This document shows positions 1 through 7,529 of a stretch of 8,953 nucleotides of DNA, one piece after another. The DNA comes from Octopus sinensis (Eukaryota), in the NCBI RefSeq assembly GCF_006345805.1, contig NW_021828156.1:1-8953 (forward strand). Direction: 5' to 3'. Under the pieces are notes generated by a model. That model had not been told where the DNA came from, searched no databases, and saw only the letters and a list, made by a program, of their open reading frames with translations. The position numbers were made by a program, and so were the translations under genes. How positions within the stretch are numbered: position 1 is the first letter of the stretch; every line of letters begins with the position of its first letter.

Positions 1-77
1 GTCTAACCACAGGTCAGAAACACAAGACCAGATCTATTATGAGGAATGTTCTATTTGTTGTTTAAACCTTATATCTT

Positions 78-160
78 ATTTGTAACAGTCACTAGACAGC
101 GGCCATACTGGGGCACGGCGTTCAAAAAAGTTATTTGAACGAATTGCTCTCAGACTGTTT
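78..160 (-). mobile_element. Degraded 3' end fragment of SINE family 2 (CORE-like)
   Basis: gtcactagacagcggccatactggggcacggcgttcaa is the reverse complement of the 3' ends of the plus-strand copies at about 3655-3700 (ttcaagacggtgccccagcatgaccgcagctcagtgact) and 7740-7770 (ggtggtgctccagtatggccgtag). Confidence 0.7.
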
Positions 161-199
161 CAAAACAAATTACTAATGACGGTTTCAAAATTTGGAAGA

Positions 200-376
200 A
201 GGCTAGCAAGTTCACGAAGGAGTTAAGTCGATTACATCGACCCCAGCGCTCAACGTGTGTTTATGTTATCGGCTACGAAAAGACGAAATACGAAGTTGAT
301 CTCAAAACGCAAAGACGGACGAACTGACGTTAAGTATTGCACCTAACGTGCTAAGGAGCCTGCCACTACGCCGCCT
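200..376 (-). mobile_element. tRNA-derived SINE family 1, copy 1 (degraded, B box deleted)
   Basis: Aligns by eye to the copies at 445-658 and 677-864 (gtcgattacatcgaccccag...aagacggacgaa...tgctaa...ctgcca...cgccgcct). The ggcggaatttgaa segment carrying the B box is missing. Confidence 0.8.
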
Positions 377-382
377 GAAGAT

Positions 383-391
383 ATGATGATG

Positions 392-444
<53 letters not shown>
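383..444. repeat. (ATG)n/(ATA)n microsatellite, the 3' tail of SINE copy 2
   Basis: Near-perfect trinucleotide array directly abutting the SINE 3' end; reads (ATT)n on the SINE strand. Confidence 0.95.
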
Positions 445-658
445 CAGTTCTAGTAAAGACACAAGGTCTGATGCTTTGCGGGAGAGGACAAGTAGATAAC
501 ATCGACCCGAGTGTTTCACTGGTACTTATTTTATCGACCCTGGCAGGATGAAAAGCAAAGACGACCTTCTCGGAATTTGAACTCAGAACGTAAAGATAGA
601 TGAAACGCTGCTAAGCATTTTGCCCAGCATGCTAACAGTTCTGCCAGCTCACCGCCTT
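445..658 (-). mobile_element. tRNA-derived SINE family 1, copy 2 (near full length)
   Basis: The minus strand reads aaggcggtgagcTGGCAGAACTGTTAGC (A-box-like, 631-646) ... GAGTTCAAATTCC (B box, 572-584), then the gggtcgat/ataagtacc 3' module and an (ATT)n tail. Resembles octopus SINEs as I recall them. Confidence 0.88.
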
Positions 659-663
659 AATAG

Positions 664-864
664 TTATTATTATTATCCTTTTTACTATAGAGGGGTATAG
701 TCGATTACATCGACCCCAGTGTTTCACTGGTACTTAATTTATCGACCCTGAAATGATGAAAGGCAAAATCGATCTCGGCGGAATTTGAACTCAGAATGTG
801 AAGACAGACGAAATGCCGCTAAGCGTTTCGTCCGGTGCGCTAGCGATACTGCCAGCTCGCTGCT
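664..864 (-). mobile_element. tRNA-derived SINE family 1, copy 3 (with short microsatellite tail, internal 3' deletion)
   Basis: B box GGAATTTGAACTC on the plus strand at 780-792, A-box-like ctgccagctcg near 850-860, high similarity to copy 2 over about 160 nt, tail at 664-676. Confidence 0.88.
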
Positions 865-1981
865 CTCCAACATGTTAGCAATAATAACTGGTTAAATGAA
901 CTGCTATGTTAAGGGAACATCCACAAACCGACAACGGTTCTTAATCAGTGGGAAGGTGGAACAAACACAAACACAATAGCACAAACACAAACACATACCT
1001 ACATGTGGTCTGAAGTGCTAGCTTAATAGGAAAGAACAGATTTCTCTTTGAATAATGAATCCCACACCTGTTGCTTGCCAGGTGATCGTTCTATTAGTGA
1101 CATTTTTGGTTTCTGCAAAAATAAATAAATATATTGAATAACGAAATAAAATATTCTTTTTGTTCTTTCGATATTGAAATTTTTCTGTACAAGACACGCA
1201 ATCTATTTTCCTAAATATTCCTTTTGTTATAAGCATGAACAGATAGACATCCGGATGAGGAGTAAGTATTTGTAATCTTTCCCTATGTATGTAAACGAAA
1301 TCCTGTTACAAATAGAAAGAGAAAATTTGTCGGAGGAATTATCATTGGATTCATATGTATTTGAATAATTAAATTTAAATCAAAGTGACGTTAATGAACT
1401 ACAGAAATGAGAACGGAGTTCAATAGTTAAAGGAATAAGGATACAAAAGTTTGTTTATTTCATGCTGTTGTAGCATGTAAGCGAAGTGTGACTTTATTTT
1501 TAGTTCACAATTCTATCATGACTGACGTATGAGCAAGATCAATCCATTTCAATACAATGTGTATACGTACCGGAACAGGATGTGACGTAATCACCTCCTT
1601 TCTGATTGATGTATATCATGCTTATTTTTGGTAGGGGGTGGGGTATTATTTTATGTTTTGTTTTGAAATAAATTCTTCCTCAAAGATTTCATTGAAATAA
1701 GACAAAAGATAACAATGGCATTCTGCTGATGCTGGAGAGGTGATTAGACATGTTAGTGAAGGGAAGTGAAGATATTTGGAAATAAGTTAGACACATACGT
1801 ACATAGTGTACTTTAGTCTATCTATTGTATCAATCAACAACACAATACCTTTTTCTATAAAACAAATATAAAGTGTTAAACTTACGGTTGTTATCAACAA
1901 TATTCAATATAGAAAACCAAACAACGAAACTAGCAACAACACGAATTGCAAATAATATATTTGTTTGACACACAGATTAAC

Positions 1982-2013
1982 AACACACACACACCACACA
2001 CACACACACACAT

Positions 2014-2045
<32 letters not shown>
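1982..2045. repeat. Compound (CA)n-(TA)n microsatellite
   Basis: Direct reading of the dinucleotide runs. Confidence 0.95.
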
Positions 2046-2116
2046 AAGAGAGCAACGCGTGCGTACGCCACTATATTCTTATATATATAAAAAAATACAA
2101 AAATGGGACAAGAACC
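2046..2116 (-). mobile_element. Partial repeat unit, probable PLE terminal-repeat fragment
   Basis: Diverged direct repeat of 2489-2555 (aagagagcaacgcgtgcgtacgccactatatt...aaaatacaaaaatgggacaagaa). The PLE assignment is inference from architecture and recall. Confidence 0.45.
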
Positions 2117-2124
2117 CGACACAG

Positions 2125-2274
2125 ATATACATACATGCATATATATATATATATTATATATATAATATATATATATAATATAAATTAATAAATAAAATAT
2201 ATGCATACATTCATAATATATGTACGTACCTACATCTACATGTATATATACATGCGTATATAAATATATATATG
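2125..2274. repeat. Degenerate (TA)n/AT-rich low-complexity tract
   Basis: Interrupted TA and TACA runs. Confidence 0.85.
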
Positions 2275-2426
2275 TGAGTACAGGACACCACAAATAGACG
2301 TAGAACTCAACGAGAAACGAAAACGTAAAACAAACATGGAAACGGACTTTTTTTTTAACAACGAAAAAACAGAGTACAAGACAAACAATACAAGGAAAAT
2401 TCCCCTTCATCAGGAAATTCCCCTTC

Positions 2427-2428
<2 letters not shown>
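2275..2428 (-). mobile_element. Probable PLE terminal fragment with CTGATGA half-core and T-rich tail
   Basis: The minus strand reads CTGATGA-aggggaatttt-CCTTGTattgtttgtcttgt...gtcctgtactca into (TA)n. Flanked by (TA)n on both sides, with a 16-17 nt duplication at 2394-2410 and 2413-2428. Confidence 0.45.

Positions 2429-2470
<42 letters not shown>
2429..2470. repeat. (TA)n microsatellite
   Basis: Near-perfect TA run. Confidence 0.95.
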
Positions 2471-2473
<3 letters not shown>

Positions 2474-2488
2474 CATATATAAACATAT

Positions 2489-2668
2489 AAGAGACCAAAG
2501 TGTACGTACGCCGCTATATTTTTGTATGTAAAAAATACAAAAACGGGACAAGAATGCAAAATAATCTGGAACTCGACTGAGGAAAGAAAACTCCGAATGA
2601 ACCGTCCTTGTTTTATTTGTATCGTCTGTCTGGATGGTTTGCGTTCTTGTCCCAATTTTGTATTTTCT
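2489..2668. mobile_element. Two oppositely oriented probable PLE termini forming an inverted repeat
   Basis: 2532-2560 and 2638-2666 are reverse complements at 26/29 positions. They enclose CTGAGGA...CGAA...GTC followed by a T-rich tail on the plus strand. Confidence 0.5.
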
Positions 2669-2718
2669 ATACACACACACATACACCCCCTCACACGCAC
2701 GCACGCACACACCACACA

Positions 2719-2777
<59 letters not shown>
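2669..2777. repeat. Compound (CA)n-(TA)n microsatellite
   Basis: Direct reading. Confidence 0.95.
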
Positions 2778-2779
2778 AT

Positions 2780-2965
2780 CAGGACGTGCCGCCTGGATAA
2801 GCAAGGTAGGCATTGCCTACCCTGAGTAAAAAAGATCGATAGCCACATTTTCCGTTTATGGCAAAATATGCGCTTAAATTATGAAGGTTACGCTGATTAC
2901 TATGCATTCTAGTGATTGATGGACAAACTACGGGTGAAGATTTCGTTATAGCAGTCATTGCTTAA
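2780..2965 (+). mobile_element. Possible hAT DNA transposon terminus with decayed transposase fragment
   Basis: GC-rich CAGG-starting end with the subterminal palindrome GGTAGGCA-T-TGCCTACC, a layout seen at hAT ends. 2897-2962 translates LLCILVIDGQTTGEDFVIAVIA, resembling the TTGE[DE]IF motif of Buster/Charlie/SPIN-type transposases. No matching second TIR was found. Confidence 0.3.
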
Positions 2966-3304
2966 TTCTTACTCACATAGAAAGCATTTGTGTTAGACAT
3001 AGTAATCTCGTTTGGGCCCTCAGATGCTAATCAAGGGGTAGAGATGTTTTCATAATGCAACCATTTTTGCCCTGGTGAGTACATCTTTCTCTAGACCTGA
3101 CACAGCAGATTTCCTTTTAGGTGAGAAGAAAGGAAGTATATATCTCTATGCCAGACAGTTATTTTCTTTAAGATTCCCAAAATAGTGAAAGACTAAGTTA
3201 ATCTTGGCAGCATTGAAATGCCAGAAAGAATAACAAAGCGTTCCAGTAAATCGCATTAAAAGCGCTGCCAACTTTCTGCTTCAAATGGATGGATTATTTT
3301 GGGG

Positions 3305-3478
3305 GAGCAAGATGATTGTGTGGTTAAAAATTTGTTTTGCAACAACTTGGTTTCGGGTTCGATTCCACTGCGTGGTACTTTGGAAAAATGTCTTCTACTA
3401 TAGCTCCGGATCGACTAATGCATTGTGACTGAATTTGTTACATGGAGACTGTATGGAAGCCTATAGAATGTGTGTCTA

Positions 3479-3514
<36 letters not shown>

Positions 3515-3708
3515 CTATGCATGTGTATGTGTGTTTCTGCTTCTGTTTGTTCCACCAGGGCTTGAAAACCGGTGTTTGTTTCATTATGTCCCAGTAAATT
3601 AGTATTTCGGCATGAGAGATCGATAGACTAGGGATCGATTTGTTGCACTAAAATCTTTCAAGACGGTGCCCCAGCATGACCGCAGCTCAGTGACTAAATA
3701 AACAAAAC
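3305..3708 (+). mobile_element. tRNA-derived SINE family 2 (CORE-like), copy A
   Basis: A-box-like tgattgtgtggtt, perfect B box GGTTCGATTCC (3356-3366), core ccactgcgtggtactttggaaaaatgtcttctactatagc, internal (GT)n at 3483-3512, and a 3' domain ending cagcatgaccgcagctcagtgact. Colinear with 7341-7790. Confidence 0.82.
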
Positions 3709-4319
3709 GTGTGTGTGTGTTTCTTTTTCTCCACAAGCCGACGCTGGTTTGTTTATGTTCCGTAATTTTGTGTTACGGAAAAAAGAGAAAAGTTAGAAAA
3801 TATTCCAAACTTGAAAAGAAACTGAAAAAAATGTACTGGTCTCGCGTCCCTCAATGCGATGCTTCACCATGTCTGCAATCCAAATGACAGAAATTTTGGG
3901 AAGTATATAACCTCCATTTAGTTCTCACTAGCTAAAGAGAATGGAAAAAAACGATGACGATAATAACTTCAAAAGCAACGACAACAACAACATAAAAACT
4001 ATGGATTACCAACATGAATGTCATTGAATTATTTATTAACGATAAAGCTTAGAAAGCGAAAATTTATAGATGAGTTGCGATTACGAATTTGTGAATTACG
4101 AAATTTTTTCTCAAAGAGATTTTTTCTTCATCGTGTATGCAGTTATGGGAAACTGTATTCGAGATTTTGCTTAGACTCATAGTAACTGTTACTCCACTAG
4201 TCGCTATTTTGGTTATCTTTTATCGTATCTGTTATTTCAATTTTGTTTTCTTCACCATAGCGTCTACTGTTTTGCAGTCAATAAATTAATCAAATATGTG
4301 TGTGTGGTGCGAATAGATA

Positions 4320-4323
4320 TACA

Positions 4324-4402
<79 letters not shown>
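4320..4402. repeat. Compound (CA)n-(TA)n microsatellite
   Basis: Direct reading. Confidence 0.95.
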
Positions 4403-4405
<3 letters not shown>

Positions 4406-4488
4406 TGAGCCTTCAATAACCAATAACACTATACTGGTTCCACGTCCTCGCGTTGTTTTTTTTTCACTTGTGTTTATATATTTGTATT
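4403..4488 (+). mobile_element. Possible retroelement (PLE-like) terminal fragment between TA tracts
   Basis: Short complex island (gagccttcaataaccaataacactatactggttccacgtcctcgcgttg plus T-rich tail) bounded by (TA)n, with the same GTCCT-then-T-rich-tail layout as 2604-2668. Family call is from recall only. Confidence 0.3.
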
Positions 4489-4589
4489 AATTATATATAT
4501 ATATTATATATAATACATATTTATATATTATTTATATATACATAATATATATATACATATATATACATATATATACCAATATATCTATA

Positions 4590-4633
<44 letters not shown>

Positions 4634-4735
4634 TACATACCTATCATACACATAGACATACATACACTAGACATACATATATATACATATACACACAAAG
4701 ACACACCCATGTCTATCTATATCTATATATATAAC
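4489..4735. repeat. Degenerate (TA)n/(TACA)n tract
   Basis: Direct reading. Confidence 0.9.
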
Positions 4736-4919
4736 AAAACATTGCTTTTCTTGATCTATGTTCTGTTACGTAATAGTTGATTAATGGTCCGACAAATCGG
4801 GCGTTTTTTTTTTTTCGTTTCCTTTTAATTTTTTCTAGTTTTCCATTTTCTTGCTTTCCTCTCGTTGGGATGCTTCATTTTAACGTTTGTAAACGCGCCA
4901 TATAAACATAAATACGTAT

Positions 4920-5126
4920 TCACACGCACACATACGCATACATGCGCGACCGTGCGAGTCATAGATACACACACACGCACACACACTCACACACACATAC
5001 ACGCATGAAACACAAGAACTTAAACGTGCACGTAGGCACACATGATTACTTGTGTGTGTGTTTGTGTGTGTGTGCGTACGTGTGTGTATATATGTGTGTG
5101 CGTATATATATATATATATCTGTGTG

Positions 5127-5170
<44 letters not shown>

Positions 5171-5335
5171 ACATTTACATATTTGTATGCATATATATGT
5201 ATACATATATATATATATATATATATAATATAATATATCGTGAGTGTGTGTATATATATAGCCACTGATCCATAAACGGACACGCTCATACCATATATAT
5301 TTGTAGATTCATATATGTGTGTGTATATGTATATC
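4920..5335. repeat. Mixed (CA)n, (GT)n and (TA)n low-complexity tract
   Basis: Direct reading; accounts for the three overlapping ORFs at 4942-5289. Confidence 0.9.
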
Positions 5336-5489
5336 TATCTAATCAATTTTGTATGGGTGACTATGTGTGCGTATGCTCTTGTGTTTGTATACAAATATAC
5401 ATACGCACATAGAGTAGACACCAACTTTATGAGCCTCAACCTTCAAAACAAACAAATCATTGCAACCAGTCACAACACTAACATACGAT

Positions 5490-5540
5490 TCCACCACCAC
5501 CACCACACTCCACCAGTACTACCATCAACATTACCACCAG
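5490..5540. repeat. Degenerate (CAC)n trinucleotide repeat
   Basis: ccaccaccaccaccacactccaccagtactaccatcaacattaccaccag. Confidence 0.8.
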
Positions 5541-6584
5541 CAGGTCACTCTACCCCCCATGACTTACTTTTCATCTTTGTCGGGATCTCTATAACAGATT
5601 TTGCAGCAGTTTATTCAAAATTTGGATAAAATCCTAATATTTGCTTCCTATATCCGGAAAAAATTTTAATTATCTTAAGTAAAGAGCTTTAGAATGTCAT
5701 AATTTTCATAACAAATGCTAATGCTTAGCGTTATCCCTAATGGTAATAAGCGGCTTCCAGTGTACAAATATGATTTTAACATGAAATTTACAGAGATTGG
5801 CATTGAATAAATAAATCTCTGTTTTATATTTTTACTTGAAATAAATTATACGAATCCTTGAATAATCACGTCAGAATTGCAAATAGTTTTGATGTTTTGT
5901 TGGGAAAATTTTATATAAAGCTCTCAGACGTTCGCTTGCTTGTCATTTTGATATATGACTGCAGAAATAACGAATGATTTACTCACGTTGAGAAAAGGAG
6001 AATTTTTTTGATATTTTTAGCGTTTGATATTACGTAAACTAATAATTCCCCACCCATTAGATAAATTCAACATCGCTTGACAAATATTTTGGTTTCCGTC
6101 GACAAACGGATAGCAACTCTGACCTGATGTTGAAAGATGGAACATTTATTAAACAATATAGTCATATTCTCTTCGAATGTTTGGAACTTTGACTTTTAAT
6201 GTCACTTACCGAAGACTATATCTTCGCTGATACCCTATCAGTATCAAACTCAATCACAGAATTCTTTAATGAGTATTTTTATCTCTTTATTTCCGGCTCT
6301 ATTTCTCTCAGAACACATCTTAATATTTCCATCAAAGCATGTATTACGATGTGACAACATTGTCTCTTTCTCTCTCACATTCTCTCTCTCTCACTTGTAG
6401 TCTTATTTCATCATCGTCTTATATACTGGACGCTTCTCTTTCGAAATTGTTTACTGAGATCAATCCACACACACACACACATACACAACACACAAATATA
6501 TATTCACAGCAACGTGTAATGTCATATATTAGCTAATATATTGAAAATTCATGCCTGATAAAAATTTACAATGCTACTCGTGTG

Positions 6585-6661
6585 TATATAATATATATAT
6601 ATATATATATATACATACATACATACATACATACATACATACATACATACATACATACATA
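6585..6661. repeat. (TA)n-(TACA)n compound microsatellite
   Basis: Direct reading. Confidence 0.95.
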
Positions 6662-6970
6662 CGGCATTTATGTATATTCAGGTATATTTTATGATATCTA
6701 TGTATCTACATAGAATTCAGTTTACTATCCTACAGTATTCCATAAGGAAATTATATTACCTTTTATAGCATCACCCGTTTGCTTTTTTTCTTTAGCTAAC
6801 AATCTATATATCATTTTATGCTCCTTTCTTCTCGTTTTCTCCGATATTAGATATAGTCCAAATCATACACTGATCCCTCGTAGACGGTATTTTTGTTTTA
6901 AACATCGTTAATATAAAGAATTGTAGCTTGCTAAGTTTGGGCCTCTCGTTAGGACTGTTGCATTTAATGT

Positions 6971-7060
6971 TGGTCGAGTGGTTAGTAATGAATTAACGTA
7001 AACACGAAATTCGATTCTCACAGGTATGTGTAAAAGTTTCCTTGACACGCACCCTGTTGC
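6971..7060 (+). mobile_element. Possible old tRNA-derived SINE head
   Basis: A-box-like TGGTCGAGTGGTTAG (6971-6985) and B-box-like TTCGATTCT (7010-7018) at tRNA-like spacing, followed by (CA)n. No cloverleaf. Confidence 0.35.
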
Positions 7061-7340
7061 ACACACACAACACACACACACTTATATAAACACACACATA
7101 TATGGATAAATATGAGTGTATGGTTTATATATTATATCTATTCTTATCTGTAATCTATTCTATCTATCTACAATTATATATATATATATAGAAGTTCAGT
7201 AAAATTTAGATCATTGAATTTGGTACTTAAGTTAAAGGCAAAACCAAATTTGGTATGGTATTATCCATATAATCCAAATGGGTGATATAATATATATATG
7301 TGAGTGTGTGTGTGTATGTAGTATGTATGTATGTATGTAT

Positions 7341-7487
7341 AGGCATAGGCATAGGAGTGGCTGTGGTAAGTAGCTTGCTTACCAACCAAATGATTCCGGT
7401 GTGCAGTCCCACTACGTGATACCATGGTGAAAAGTCTTCTGGTATAGCCTCGGTCCTTGTGAGTGGATTTGGTAGAACAAAAACTGG

Positions 7488-7529
<42 letters not shown>

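Noticed and set aside
375-400. CTGAAGA hammerhead-like heptamer
   Set aside because: Lies at a SINE 5' junction and is followed by microsatellite; no GAAA or stems.
302-502. 66-aa poly-Tyr ORF
   Set aside because: Read-through of the SINE tail microsatellite and flanking SINE sequence.
1018-1236. 72-aa minus-strand ORF as a standalone gene
   Set aside because: No recognisable domain and AT-rich low-complexity codons; only an internal exon-like part is kept as a weak candidate.
1233-1268. Plus-strand 28-nt exon candidate (ttataAG ... GA|GTAAGT)
   Set aside because: Not frame-preserving, no supporting plus-strand exons, and GTAAGT frequency is at chance level.
1904-2848. 314-aa ORF and the overlapping 63-109 aa ORFs
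   Set aside because: Composed of YI, CV and HT dipeptide runs from stop-free (TA)n and (CA)n tracts; no protein-like content.
3024-3130. Plus-strand splice signals (CTG|GTGAGT at 3075, ttccttttAG at 3120)
   Set aside because: The best upstream acceptor gives stops in all three frames; no coherent exon.
3305-3370. Possible tRNA gene from A and B boxes
   Set aside because: No cloverleaf or acceptor stem; continues into SINE body. The same holds for all other A/B-box pairs here.
4942-5629. ORFs of 63-108 aa, including a poly-His stretch
   Set aside because: Microsatellite artefacts; the His run is the (CAC)n repeat.
5790-5822. 9-bp inverted repeat ACAGAGATT/AATCTCTGT
   Set aside because: About one such stem is expected by chance in 9 kb; no miRNA-length stem.
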